Positions 19,362 to 29,209 of a DNA stretch of 39,236 bases are shown in pieces (position 1 is the stretch's first letter; every line of letters starts with the position of its first letter). The notes beneath the pieces were generated by a model. It had not been told where the DNA came from. It worked only from the letters and a program-made list of their open reading frames with translations, and did not search any database. The position numbers and the translations under genes are program-made. The stretch comes from a virus (lineage: Duplodnaviria > Heunggongvirae > Uroviricota > Caudoviricetes): IMG/VR virus record IMGVR_UViG_2718218135_000005; one strand, 5' to 3'.

Positions 19362-20544
19362 CGGAGGGTTTCGTGGTCATGTTCATCGGTGTGAGATAGA
19401 CATCCCCACCGGGACGCGGATTCATATCTTCCAGGTCGCGGCAGTCATTGGGAGAGTAAATTCCCCAGTTAATCCCGGTGGCGTAGGCTTCAAAACGGGA
19501 CTTCATATCCCCGCGCAGTAACGCCCCGGCGTTAAATTTGGCGTAATAAACGCCCTGCTTACTTTTTCGTACCAGTCCGGTGTTGATCCGCTGCTCAATG
19601 CGGGTCAGATACGGCACCAGTGAATAGTTGATAAATCCCAGCCCCAGTTCTTCGATATTGTTGAAGGTGGCACGATCGGTGTTCTGCACCATGTGCAATG
19701 GCACACGGAACAGACGACAGATTTCTTCAAGCTGAAACTTGCGGGTTTCCAGGAACTGGCTGTCCTCGGCGTTCAGCGCCATCGACTTCCAGTCCAGCCC
19801 CATCTCAAGGATCATCGGGCGGTGAGCATTGCCAAGCCCGGTGTGACGCTCCTCAAAATCTTTCTTCAGGCGCTCGTAAGCCTGATCTGACAGCGTCTGC
19901 TCTGTACGCAACACACCCGACGTCACCGCACCATTGCTGAACAGTCTGGCCCCGTGCTCTTCGGTCGCTGCCGCCAGCGATATTGCCTCGCGGGCATAGG
20001 CGATGGGATTCAGCCCCACCAGTCCGTCCAGCGTCAGCGTACGCACATGCCAGATATCCTCCTGGCTCAGTACATCCGTGGAGCCATCCGGAAATGTGAC
20101 CTGATAGACCGGTTCCCAGCGACTGTTAAGCTTCGGTACCACACAGCCGGGATCGACGGGCAGCAGTTCAGCCACTTCGCCAAATGCTTTCACTTTGTAG
20201 GCGTAAAAGTTTCCCCTCAGGCACAGACAGGTGACCACCAGCTCCCAGAACTCCTGCGGCGTCATATAGCCATTGGGATGCGTGGAGATCAGCTTATGCA
20301 GACGTTCGCCGGTGGCTCTCTGTTTAAGGCTGCCGTTCAGGTGATACAGATTGCAGGGCAACATCCCGACCGACTCTGCCAGCACTCTGACGCAGGAAAA
20401 AACCGCCGTCAGTCGCATGGCCCGCTGACTGCTGATCTGCTTTCCGGTATAGGTGTCGTAGGACAACCCGATAGCATCCGCCAGCTCTGCGGGCGTGGTC
20501 ACCGGTGCGTCACTTTTTCGTTGAAATAATCCCGAAAAGAACAC
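19303..20544 (-). CDS. portal protein (HK97 family)
   Basis: 413-aa product after terminase large subunit; true start may be internal. Confidence 0.8.
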   Translation of the reverse strand: MFFSGLFQRKSDAPVTTPAELADAIGLSYDTYTGKQISSQRAMRLTAVFSCVRVLAESVGMLPCNLYHLNGSLKQRATGERLHKLISTHPNGYMTPQEFWELVVTCLCLRGNFYAYKVKAFGEVAELLPVDPGCVVPKLNSRWEPVYQVTFPDGSTDVLSQEDIWHVRTLTLDGLVGLNPIAYAREAISLAAATEEHGARLFSNGAVTSGVLRTEQTLSDQAYERLKKDFEERHTGLGNAHRPMILEMGLDWKSMALNAEDSQFLETRKFQLEEICRLFRVPLHMVQNTDRATFNNIEELGLGFINYSLVPYLTRIEQRINTGLVRKSKQGVYYAKFNAGALLRGDMKSRFEAYATGINWGIYSPNDCRDLEDMNPRPGGDVYLTPMNMTTKPSDGSKAGKQKDNANADETTS

Positions 20545-20726
20545 TATTTACCTCCGCCGACAGACTGCTGTGTACGGTCGAGATATCGCGCCACCAGCCA
20601 CGACCAGAACAGGCACAACACCCCGGCAACAACAAAACCCACCGGGGGATAAATCAGCCAGGCACCATACGCCAGCAAAAGCGCCCCCAGCACACCTACC
20701 AGAGGCGCGAGAATCAGCATGATCAT
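20544..20726 (-). CDS. small hydrophobic membrane protein
   Basis: 60-aa ORF, two predicted hydrophobic helices ([46 protein letters not shown]). Confidence 0.4.
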   Translation of the reverse strand: MIMLILAPLVGVLGALLLAYGAWLIYPPVGFVVAGVLCLFWSWLVARYLDRTQQSVGGGK

Positions 20727-20737
20727 AATTACCTCAG

Positions 20738-22471
20738 TTAAAGCGAGCGGATCCCGTAGGACTCAATGTGGTCAGACAGCGTGTCTTCTTTCTCGTACAG
20801 CATGGCTCTGCCAACCGCCATAATCAGCGCAACTGCACCATCGATTTTGTTTTCTGCCTGCTCTTTGACGGGTTTCACCACATCATCGTTACCCGGAATG
20901 GTTTTTCCGACCACGTTGCCGATACACCAGGTCATGATGGGATTGCCATCATGATGAAAGCGCCCCGATTCAATTGCCGCTTCCAGCTCTTTCATCGGGT
21001 CGGACATGTTGGTGTAGTTCTGAATGATGGTGACGGGGTTCAGGTCTTCATCAGCAAGGTCATGTGACAACCCGGTCGCCCCGAAGGGGTCGATGGGTGA
21101 CTCGCTGACCGGGCTGATTTTGTTCGCCGCTTTGGCCTCTTCGAGGATGTAGCGATAATCCACCTCTGCACCATCGGTAACGGTCAGGACGCCCATTTCC
21201 ACCCATTTCTGAAAGCGTTCGGCTGTCCGGCGATCTTCATTTTTCTCGACGCTATACACCGTGTCATACGGTACCCAGAAACGCGGGGCCACACTGTAGT
21301 AATGCGTTTTACCGTCAATCTCGCGGGTATAAAGTCGCGCCATGCTGTTCATATCCAGCTTACGCGCCAGGTCAAAGGCCAGAATGCACGGCTGCCCCTC
21401 GAACTGCTCAAGAGTCAGTGATTTATCCTCGCAGCTCTGCCAGCTCACCAGGTTGAAATACGCCGAACGCGCCGACACCCAGATATTGAGGTGTTTTGTT
21501 TTAAAGACGTTTGCCAGACGGGCATTATTTTTCGCACGCTGCTGCTGACTTAACAAAAATTCGCGATAAACCGACACGCCAATATTTGGATTGGCTTTTT
21601 CCAGCACCTGCGGGTCGGTCCAGTCGTCACCTTCATCAACGGTATAGATGATCCCGAACAGTTCATCGTTGGGAACCGAGCCATTGAGCATCTCGATAAC
21701 TTCCCGCCGCTTGTCGTAGCACGGCCCCTCAATGTTGTACCCGGCGGTGGTGATAGCCCACATCAGTGGCTGGCGTCGCGCCCCCATCCCGGTAAGCATT
21801 GTGGTGTAAAGCGCATCTGTGGCGTGCTCGTGATATTCATCCACCACGGCACAGTGGGGTGATGAACCATCACCGGGGTTACCGATCAGCGGTTCAAACC
21901 GCGCACCATCCTCCGGACGGTTCATGTTTGAGGCGTTAACCTCAATCCCGAACGCTTCCGTCAGCATGGGTGTGCGTTTACACATCAGTCGTGCCGGACG
22001 AAAGACTTCCCATGCCTGTTTCTCCGTCGTGGCACCGGAATACACTTCCGCGCCGAACTCGTTATCACAGGCAAAACAATACAGGGCGACACCGGCAGAG
22101 ATTGCCGATTTGCCGTTCTTACGGGGAATTTCGGTATACACCTCCCGGAAGCGGCGCAACCGGGTGCCTTTATTGACCCAGCCAAACGCACAGCAGATCA
22201 CAAATAGCTGCCACGGCTCCAGCGTGATGGGCATCCGTTTAAATGCCCACTCACCCTTGGTGTGCGGCAACAGCTGAATAAATTTGGCGGCCCGTTCAGC
22301 CAGGTCCTTGTCGAAGCGGTAACGAAACGACTTACTTTTTTCCGCCATCAGGTCATCAAGATGGCGCTGGCAGGCCTGAATCACAAACTGGCAGGCAACA
22401 ATCTTTCCGCGCACGACATCCCGGGCATACTGATTTGCAGCATTTACGTTGGGGTAAGATTTCCGGCTCAT
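20738..22471 (-). CDS. terminase large subunit
   Basis: 577-aa product in the packaging position. Confidence 0.85.
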   Translation of the reverse strand: MSRKSYPNVNAANQYARDVVRGKIVACQFVIQACQRHLDDLMAEKSKSFRYRFDKDLAERAAKFIQLLPHTKGEWAFKRMPITLEPWQLFVICCAFGWVNKGTRLRRFREVYTEIPRKNGKSAISAGVALYCFACDNEFGAEVYSGATTEKQAWEVFRPARLMCKRTPMLTEAFGIEVNASNMNRPEDGARFEPLIGNPGDGSSPHCAVVDEYHEHATDALYTTMLTGMGARRQPLMWAITTAGYNIEGPCYDKRREVIEMLNGSVPNDELFGIIYTVDEGDDWTDPQVLEKANPNIGVSVYREFLLSQQQRAKNNARLANVFKTKHLNIWVSARSAYFNLVSWQSCEDKSLTLEQFEGQPCILAFDLARKLDMNSMARLYTREIDGKTHYYSVAPRFWVPYDTVYSVEKNEDRRTAERFQKWVEMGVLTVTDGAEVDYRYILEEAKAANKISPVSESPIDPFGATGLSHDLADEDLNPVTIIQNYTNMSDPMKELEAAIESGRFHHDGNPIMTWCIGNVVGKTIPGNDDVVKPVKEQAENKIDGAVALIMAVGRAMLYEKEDTLSDHIESYGIRSL

Positions 22472-22971
22472 GATTCGATAATTTTCAGAAACGGGTTAGT
22501 GGCTTTCTTCTTCCCCGCCAGGCCAATCAGACGCTGGCGGCTGCTGGGGTCGAGTCCGAGCATTGCCCCCGTACTGCTCATCTCGGACTCCTGTTCTTTT
22601 TTGGCGGTCAGCTCCGGATTTTTGACCATACCGCCCATTGCACCGGTGATGGTGTTGCCCTGTCTGGCAATATTTTTCACGGCACGTCGCCAGAACTCGT
22701 AGGCCACGCACCACCGCTCAAGCACCGCGAGGTCAGTCACGCACAGCAGGCCCTGACCGCAGAGTTCTTTGGTTGTCAGTTGCCACATGATCGTGGCGAG
22801 AGGGAGATCTTCTTCAGCGAACCACTCCGGTGGCTCAACACCTTTGATGGGCGTAAAAACAGGTTCATCTTTATTCAGGGCTCGCTTGCCGGGGTTTCCG
22901 GCCAGCGCCTTGCGCGCCGTTGGCTTGGGGCGACGCCCGGAACGCCCCGCCGTTCCAGCCATATGCGGCAC
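22468..22971 (-). CDS. terminase small subunit
   Basis: 167-aa product; start overlaps terL. Confidence 0.7.
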   Translation of the reverse strand: MPHMAGTAGRSGRRPKPTARKALAGNPGKRALNKDEPVFTPIKGVEPPEWFAEEDLPLATIMWQLTTKELCGQGLLCVTDLAVLERWCVAYEFWRRAVKNIARQGNTITGAMGGMVKNPELTAKKEQESEMSSTGAMLGLDPSSRQRLIGLAGKKKATNPFLKIIES

Positions 22972-23087
22972 TCCTGGTTAAATTTCATTTTTCGCGGGTA
23001 TAAAAAAACGATGGGGCGGGCAGTCCGGAAGACGTCAGGCCGCAGGGATTTGACCCGCCCCTCCCCTCAGGCAGTTGAGAATCATTA

Positions 23088-23501
23088 TCACTTCAACCGT
23101 TCACGGGCCGTCTTCGCCTTATGACACGGCCAGCACAGACTCTGCAGATTACAGTCGGCATCAGTGCCGCCATGCGCTTTAGGGATGATGTGGTCAACAG
23201 TTTTCGCCTCACGCACCACACCAGCACGCAGACATAACTGACACAGGCCTTTGTCACGCTTCAGGACACGCGCGCGGATACAGTCCCACTTCGAACCGTA
23301 GCCGCGCTGATGACGGGACTGGCCTGGCTTGTATTGCTTCCAGCCTTCGCTTTTGTGGCTTTCGCAATAGCCTGACGAGTCAGTGGTGGTATGGGGGCAG
23401 CCGCGAACGCGGCAGGCTTTTGGGGTTCGTGGTGGCATTGCATAATCCTCTTGGATGGTTCGCGTGCGATACGTGGCATCCTTCTCAGAATCGAATCGCA
23501 C
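23088..23501 (-). CDS. HNH endonuclease (packaging-associated)
   Basis: 137-aa product with CQLCLRAG...VDHIIPKAHGGTDADCNLQSLCWPCH, a canonical HNH/zinc motif; sits upstream of terS as in HK97-like phages. Confidence 0.8.
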   Translation of the reverse strand: MRFDSEKDATYRTRTIQEDYAMPPRTPKACRVRGCPHTTTDSSGYCESHKSEGWKQYKPGQSRHQRGYGSKWDCIRARVLKRDKGLCQLCLRAGVVREAKTVDHIIPKAHGGTDADCNLQSLCWPCHKAKTARERLK

Positions 23502-23588
23502 TCCACTCCGGTTTTGCCATAAACGATCTTTTATGCTTCGCTGGATGTAGTTGATAGTTGTTGAAACTCAATGAACAGGAGTTCACAA

Positions 23589-23924
23589 ATGAATAGTTAT
23601 GAATGGGAATGGCTTTTAAACAAAGATGACACCCTATGCTTTTTCCCCGTAGGCCATTCTGTAGAAGGTAATTACAAAATTCACTTTGAGTTGAGCGGTA
23701 GTTGTAACCTTAGAGTCTCAGATGCTGAATGGCATGGTAAACCTGTACTGCTGTTCGAATACTTCGATGAAGATGATGACCGCCCTGCAATAATCGAAAT
23801 ATTAGAAACAACCACTACAACTGTGGAGGCGATGATCGCACATCTGAATAGTATCGATAGTATTTACCATGAACCGATTTACAAAGCGGTTTACGAGTGG
23901 GCCGTAAAGTTTTTCTATCGATGA
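23589..23924 (+). CDS. hypothetical small acidic protein (moron gene 1)
   Basis: ATG at 23589 preceded by caggag; AT-rich by eye; antisense to the late operon. Confidence 0.5.
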   Translation: MNSYEWEWLLNKDDTLCFFPVGHSVEGNYKIHFELSGSCNLRVSDAEWHGKPVLLFEYFDEDDDRPAIIEILETTTTTVEAMIAHLNSIDSIYHEPIYKAVYEWAVKFFYR

Positions 23925-24024
23925 TACTTCGTTATCTTGCTGGCATTCACAATACCTTTACATATTAATGACATGCCAGCACAATACTGTCACTTACAAC
24001 CGTTCGGATTACCTAGAGAAAAGT

Positions 24025-24594
24025 ATGATTCAGGATTTACTGATCGAAGCAATTAGTCACGATAGGATGCATAAAAAGTTAAATGAACTGAATTGCTACT
24101 TCTACAATCGCAAACATGAAACTCAAATACGTGATGAGTTAGTTGTTATTCTCAATCAAATCAGCACACTAACTGCTTTAAGTGAGCATCCAAAACTCGG
24201 TATCGGCGCTGTTGACATATCACTTTATAACCAGTCGATATTAACGTCTGAACATAATGGCAATGTTGCAACCATCGAGATCAAACACCATTACCCAAAG
24301 GATTTACTTTATCGGCAAGTTCAAGAAGACATCATTTCCGATATTTCAAGAGTAATAGTTTCACCAACTACACATTTTATCCATATAATCCAGCAAAGAA
24401 CTAGGATTAATACTCCTTCTTTTGGCCAAGTGAAATTCCTTGAACGTGATGCAAGTGATATCAGCACTTATGTGCAATGCCTTGAAGAGCTAAGTTCCTT
24501 CCCCAGTATCTTTCATAAAAAAAGTATATGTATTGAGGTACTTGGTGAAATTATGTCGACATATACCTTTAACGTATATTCATTTGACAACTGA
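24025..24594 (+). CDS. hypothetical protein with PD-(D/E)xK-like nuclease signature (moron gene 2)
   Basis: ATG at 24025; product has GIGAVDISLY then ~20 residues later VATIEIKHH, a D ... E-x-K arrangement; AT-rich by eye. Confidence 0.5.
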   Translation: MIQDLLIEAISHDRMHKKLNELNCYFYNRKHETQIRDELVVILNQISTLTALSEHPKLGIGAVDISLYNQSILTSEHNGNVATIEIKHHYPKDLLYRQVQEDIISDISRVIVSPTTHFIHIIQQRTRINTPSFGQVKFLERDASDISTYVQCLEELSSFPSIFHKKSICIEVLGEIMSTYTFNVYSFDN

Positions 24595-24615
24595 TTAATT
24601 TGACAATTTTATTGC

Positions 24616-24873
24616 TTAATGGTTAGTTCTCTCTGCATCTATTTTACGAATATCAGCTTTATCCCGATTGCAGTTAGCCAGTGCAGACAACAGACTCACA
24701 TTCAGCTCCAGGCTGGCACCATAAGTCAGAGGATTTGGTATGAACGGTACAGGTGTTTCAGAAGTCAGACTAGTCGGTAATGTTGTAGCCGGAGTGCTCA
24801 CGTAAACTGTCCGCGTACTTCCGCAACCGCTCAGCAGCGGCAGCAGGCACAAGGCGTGCAGCACAACCATCAT
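24616..24873 (-). CDS. o-spanin (Rz1-like lipoprotein), overlapping the Rz gene out of frame
   Basis: MMVVLHALCLLPLLSGC lipobox and signal peptide, Pro/Thr-rich mature part. Confidence 0.5.
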   Translation of the reverse strand: MMVVLHALCLLPLLSGCGSTRTVYVSTPATTLPTSLTSETPVPFIPNPLTYGASLELNVSLLSALANCNRDKADIRKIDAERTNH

Positions 24874-25150
24874 CCGCAACAGCCACTTTGATATCTTTCT
24901 GGGTTCTCTGTGACTCCAGTGCGATCTGCTGTTTTGCATGCTGGTTAACCTCTATAACTGTATTGACGATTTGCAGTAATTGCAGGACGTTACGGGTAAT
25001 GGCTGTTGCAGATTCAGCATTTTGTACAGCCTCATCAGCACGTTTCTTTTCGTGCTGATATTTGCTGTAGTAGTGGTTGGCAGACCAGATGAAAGAACCG
25101 ATGACAGTAAAGAAGAATGCAGCGATAACCAGCTTATAGCTCAACTTCAT
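24770..25150 (-). CDS. i-spanin (Rz-like)
   Basis: 126-aa product with N-terminal TM helix and coiled-coil periplasmic part; directly after endolysin. Confidence 0.6.
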   Translation of the reverse strand: MKLSYKLVIAAFFFTVIGSFIWSANHYYSKYQHEKKRADEAVQNAESATAITRNVLQLLQIVNTVIEVNQHAKQQIALESQRTQKDIKVAVADDGCAARLVPAAAAERLRKYADSLREHSGYNITD

Positions 25151-25610
25151 TTACCACCCCACCAGCCTCTTTAAATCGGGCAATCAGGTCACCGATTTTA
25201 TGTTCATACTGACCGTAACCTGCACCAGGTAACGACGCCCAGATATTGCTGCAACGGTCGATTGCCTGACGAATATTGCCGCGGTCAATCATCGGTAAAG
25301 CGCCACGCTCTTTAATCTGCTGCAGAGCTACAGCGTCCTGGCTTTCTGGAGAAAAATCTTTCAGGCCAAGCTGTTTACGGTAAGCATCCCACCAGCGTGA
25401 AAGAAGCTGGTAACGTCCGGCGGCTGTTGATTTGAGTTTGGGGTTTAGCGTGACAAGTTTGCGAGGGTGATCGGAGTAATCAGTGAACAGTTCACCACCA
25501 ACAATAACATCATAACCGTGGTTACGTGTCGGTTGTCGCCCGTTATCCGTTCCTTCTGACCAGGCCACCATATCAAGGAAAGCTTTACGCTGAGGATTTA
25601 GTTCCTGCAT
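25134..25610 (-). CDS. endolysin, lambda R-like lytic transglycosylase
   Basis: Near-identity over long stretches to lambda R as recalled (NQRKAFLDMLAWSEGTDNGRQ...TRNHGYDVIVGGELFTDYSDHPRKLVTLNPKLKST). Confidence 0.9.
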   Translation of the reverse strand: MQELNPQRKAFLDMVAWSEGTDNGRQPTRNHGYDVIVGGELFTDYSDHPRKLVTLNPKLKSTAAGRYQLLSRWWDAYRKQLGLKDFSPESQDAVALQQIKERGALPMIDRGNIRQAIDRCSNIWASLPGAGYGQYEHKIGDLIARFKEAGGVVNEVEL

Positions 25611-25613
25611 AAA

Positions 25614-25940
25614 TTACTCCTTCGAGCTACCAAACTTGTTACCGATTACTCTCATTGCCGCACCACGAATAGCATCGACCCCGATCAGCCCCACCCCACC
25701 ACCAATAGCAACAGAAAGTGATTTAGGCCATCCGACATACTCAAGCGCGGATGCAAAGGTCAGTGTCAGAGCGCCACAGAGCAAAATCTCGAGCGTTTTT
25801 CGCTTCCAGCCGCCACCGCCACCAAAATAGGCAATACGTAAACCAGCCATAACGATCGACATAATTACTGCGCCCAGCGGTGTATCTCCACGCCACCAGC
25901 TCTGGACCAACTCCAGCCATGTATTTGGGTTATGAGGCAT
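25614..25940 (-). CDS. putative holin
   Basis: 108-aa product with hydrophobic helices and charged C-terminus, immediately upstream of endolysin. Confidence 0.55.
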   Translation of the reverse strand: MPHNPNTWLELVQSWWRGDTPLGAVIMSIVMAGLRIAYFGGGGGWKRKTLEILLCGALTLTFASALEYVGWPKSLSVAIGGGVGLIGVDAIRGAAMRVIGNKFGSSKE

Positions 25941-26092
25941 TTGTAGTTATCTCTCACCTCGCTGATACAGCAGGTGCAAATTGAGGAAACATCATGTACC
26001 GCAAATCAGAAGCGGAAACGTCAAAGAAGCCGAACCAATGGATAACTGCGGAATAGGCAAGGACCAACGAATCCCCAGCCCCAGAAACGACA

Positions 26093-26114
26093 AAACCCGC
26101 TCGACGGCGGGTTT
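26093..26114 (-). terminator. terminator-like hairpin (candidate tR' of the late operon)
   Basis: aaacccgc-tcgacg-gcgggttt, an 8-bp stem; on the minus strand it is followed by ttttgtcgttt. Confidence 0.35.
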
Positions 26115-26206
26115 AAGCTGTGTGGCGAAGTAACCACTCTTAACACATTACATGATAAAATGCGGACCGCGTTAGTAATATTTTTCTCATATATTGGGTT
26201 CACTAC

Positions 26207-26953
26207 ATGCGACATAATTTTTCTAAAGACACTATAAAAAAATTAGCAGAGCGGGCAGCATTCATTTGTTCAAACCCTTCATGCCCTAGATTGACCATTG
26301 GCCCATCAATTGATGGCAATAAATCAATCAAGACAGGAGTTGCTGCTCACATATGTGCAGCATCTCCTGATGGCCCACGCTATGACATGTCACAATCAGA
26401 AACAGAAAGGAAGTCAATTAACAATGGCATATGGCTGTGTGCTACTTGTTCTGTATTAATAGATAAGAATCAGGGGCTAGACTATCCGGCACCTGTATTA
26501 AGAAAATGGAAAAAAGATCATGAAAGCCTTATAAGCTCCTGTCTTGAAGGTTCGATTAATATTACCTTCGATGCTTTGAAATATATTCAACAGCATGATG
26601 AAAGAAATCTGGCAAAAAAGATTATAAATGAATTGGATGATAAAGGGGCTTTGTTCGTAGAATATCATCTTGAAAACCCCTGTTTTGTTGCCGAATCACT
26701 CAAAGAGTTAAGAACATGTTTGACCTCTTTGCTTTCTCAAATCCCAGATGAATCACCTCTATTTATCGTTTGCAAGTCAATTCGAGAAGCATGCCGTTAT
26801 TATATGAACAACACTTCTAAAGACGCAGGGATTAAAGAGTTAGAATTTTCGTTGGGAGCTGTCAGAAAAATCGTAGGTATCAACGTTAAAAGAATATCAG
26901 AAACCTACGGGGTTAAACCTAGCCCACAATTATCTACCATAATGCCAGATTAA
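26207..26953 (+). CDS. hypothetical HNH-like zinc-finger protein with uncharacterised C-terminal domain
   Basis: CSNPSCPRL ... AAHICAASPDGPRY ... NNGIWLCATCSVLIDKN resembles an HNH motif; AT-rich by eye; antisense between Q and holin. Confidence 0.5.
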   Translation: MRHNFSKDTIKKLAERAAFICSNPSCPRLTIGPSIDGNKSIKTGVAAHICAASPDGPRYDMSQSETERKSINNGIWLCATCSVLIDKNQGLDYPAPVLRKWKKDHESLISSCLEGSINITFDALKYIQQHDERNLAKKIINELDDKGALFVEYHLENPCFVAESLKELRTCLTSLLSQIPDESPLFIVCKSIREACRYYMNNTSKDAGIKELEFSLGAVRKIVGINVKRISETYGVKPSPQLSTIMPD

Positions 26954-27003
26954 ATCTGTTACGCAGCAACAAAGTTAAACTCTATGTTGCTGCCTTAATT
27001 TTA

Positions 27004-27381
27004 TTACTCCATTTCTAAACGAATATCCAGCATCGAGAGACAACCATCTATAAACCCTTCAGCCAACTGTATCTCTATACGTATCAATTTCTCATCTTTT
27101 TTGTATGCTTTTGCTATCTTCCTTTTCGAGATGCCATACAGGTAATGAGCCACAATCAGAGAGTGCTCATACGGTTTTCTCTTCTTAAGAAGAGCAAGAC
27201 AACCTTCAATAATTAATGCATCACTATCTGAACAAGCCTGACGTGTTTTGCTTGTATAGGGAAGAAGCCCTTTAAACCCAGCAGCTATAGGAGAATAGTC
27301 TACTCCAGAACTATCACTCGCCGCCCATGCTCCCCAACGATCCAGAACCATCTGAATATCACGCATCAACTTTCTCCACAA
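27004..27381 (-). CDS. late-gene antiterminator Q-like protein
   Basis: 125-aa product directly upstream of the lysis cassette; family resemblance from memory. Confidence 0.6.
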   Translation of the reverse strand: MWRKLMRDIQMVLDRWGAWAASDSSGVDYSPIAAGFKGLLPYTSKTRQACSDSDALIIEGCLALLKKRKPYEHSLIVAHYLYGISKRKIAKAYKKDEKLIRIEIQLAEGFIDGCLSMLDIRLEME

Positions 27382-27383
27382 AA

Positions 27384-28379
27384 TCAGGCCAGCACGCCAG
27401 TTGCCAGCGCACGATCGATAAAACGAAATATCAGCTCCAGTTGGGAGCCATACTTCTCTTCAAATGCCACGGTATCTGCATGCAGCTCGTCGTGATGCTT
27501 TCTGCACAAAGGCAACACAAAGAGGTCATGCGTTTTTGTCCCCATTCCGCCCTGACCGTGACCTATCAGGTGGTGAGGATCATCAGCAGACTTTCCACAA
27601 CATGCGCACGGCTGCGTCTTAACCCAGCGCGTGTACTTTTCGTTAACCCAGCGGCGACGTTTGGGGCGTAACATAAAAGACTCCGGCGACTCCGGATCCA
27701 CTTTCAGCGCCAGCACCTTTTTCGCTTTATCCTGGATGATGCTGGTGGCAGGAACCGAAGGAACAAGGTCACTTTCCCGGGTGACAGACGGCACAACAGG
27801 CTTCGGTAATCTCAGTGCCTTACGGGCTGCACTTTCCGGTAAGGCATCCGCCAGGTCATTACGAACCAGCCACCAGCATAGTTCCGGCATTGTCACAACG
27901 TGACTATCATCAAAACCGAGATCCCGACGCACAACAGACAACATCCAGCGGGCACAGTTATCCGTTGCCATTGATTCCAGCCGTTCCGTGAACTGATCGC
28001 GCAGCTGGTTATCGCAGTGCCAGCACAGACGGATTGCGCCCGGCGCGTGTCGCATTGTGGTCATATTCTCGCTGTGCCAGTCGGAATGAGGCCACTGGCA
28101 GCCTTTTTCACGAAGTAACCAGCTTTCAAGACATTCCACTCCACCAGCACGACGGATCACTGCCTCATTGCGGAACACGGCCCGAACGGCAGGATCATCC
28201 GCCAGCGGTTGTGATGCTGCCGGAACGGCACCACTGGCGAAAGATGAATAACGTTCCGGCTCAGGCTCCAGCAGGACACGCCCCTGCATAAACAAGGGCA
28301 TCAGCTCTGAACCTGGCCTGAACAATACGATCCCCATACGCGGGGCAATTTCAGGGGTCAGTAGTGCTCTCACGGTCAC
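27384..28379 (-). CDS. DUF968-family protein with C-terminal HNH-like motif (YdfU-like)
   Basis: C-terminal CACCGKSADDPHHLIGHGQGG...LPLCRKHHDELH. Confidence 0.6.
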   Translation of the reverse strand: MTVRALLTPEIAPRMGIVLFRPGSELMPLFMQGRVLLEPEPERYSSFASGAVPAASQPLADDPAVRAVFRNEAVIRRAGGVECLESWLLREKGCQWPHSDWHSENMTTMRHAPGAIRLCWHCDNQLRDQFTERLESMATDNCARWMLSVVRRDLGFDDSHVVTMPELCWWLVRNDLADALPESAARKALRLPKPVVPSVTRESDLVPSVPATSIIQDKAKKVLALKVDPESPESFMLRPKRRRWVNEKYTRWVKTQPCACCGKSADDPHHLIGHGQGGMGTKTHDLFVLPLCRKHHDELHADTVAFEEKYGSQLELIFRFIDRALATGVLA

Positions 28380-28380
28380 C

Positions 28381-29190
28381 TCAATGAACGGTATCGAGCA
28401 GCTTTAACAGCTCAGGGAATCGGGATTCGAAGAAATGCGGCTGCGTCTCGCGCGGATTTGCGGGACTGGTGATGTTCTTGCCGAACATGCAGCCTTTCGC
28501 TGTCAGCGACCAGAATTTTTTGATGTTGTTAATCGCGGTACGGCTGTATCGTTCGCGCTGCTCGACGATCCCCAGCTTCACCATCTGGTGATATGCCTGA
28601 TTAGCCGTCAGGCAGATACCATACTGTTTCAGCAGTGCACTCAGTGACAGTGTCGGGCGACTTGAGCCATCGTGTGCATCAGCAGGAGCATCAATGGCAT
28701 AGCGCGGTGCCAGATTCGGTAAGCCAACAGCCTCCTGGAGTTTCTGACAGGCACCAAGCACAGATGAGTTAGACAGGTTTAACTCCCGACGCATAAAGTC
28801 CAGCAGAATCACACCAGCCTGCATCTTGTCAGCAGCCTGTCCGGATAATTTTTCCGGTGCGCTGGTTACCATGTCGAAAGTACGGATCACCTTCAGATGG
28901 AATGACGGGCTGATCCACATTGCATAGGCATACACCAGTTCCTTGCAGACATAAGTTCCCCGTTCATTTCCCCCATGAATCACACTCACCGGGTCAACAC
29001 CCAAATTCTGGGTGTTGGTCAATTCATGAACAAGTTCAACAGTTTGTTGGCTGGAAAGAAACTTTCCTGGCTCCTTGGTTCTGGCATTTGCACCAGATGC
29101 TACTGCTGCGCGATGCAGATCGTTCAGGCTGTAACGCCCATAAGCATCACGACGAACTTCAATACCATCAATGACCATCAGATTATTCAT
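28381..29190 (-). CDS. KilA-N domain protein (antirepressor-like)
   Basis: N-terminal MNNLMVIDGIEVRRDAYGRYSLNDLHRAA; ORF track offers an upstream start at 29223. Confidence 0.55.
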   Translation of the reverse strand: MNNLMVIDGIEVRRDAYGRYSLNDLHRAAVASGANARTKEPGKFLSSQQTVELVHELTNTQNLGVDPVSVIHGGNERGTYVCKELVYAYAMWISPSFHLKVIRTFDMVTSAPEKLSGQAADKMQAGVILLDFMRRELNLSNSSVLGACQKLQEAVGLPNLAPRYAIDAPADAHDGSSRPTLSLSALLKQYGICLTANQAYHQMVKLGIVEQRERYSRTAINNIKKFWSLTAKGCMFGKNITSPANPRETQPHFFESRFPELLKLLDTVH

Positions 29191-29209
29191 ACTTCGTTTC
29201 TCCTCTTGC

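Noticed and set aside
25941-27003. Shiga toxin or other known virulence cargo at the Q-S position
   Set aside because: The single gene here has HNH-like motifs and no resemblance to stxA/stxB; no tRNA genes seen in this region either.
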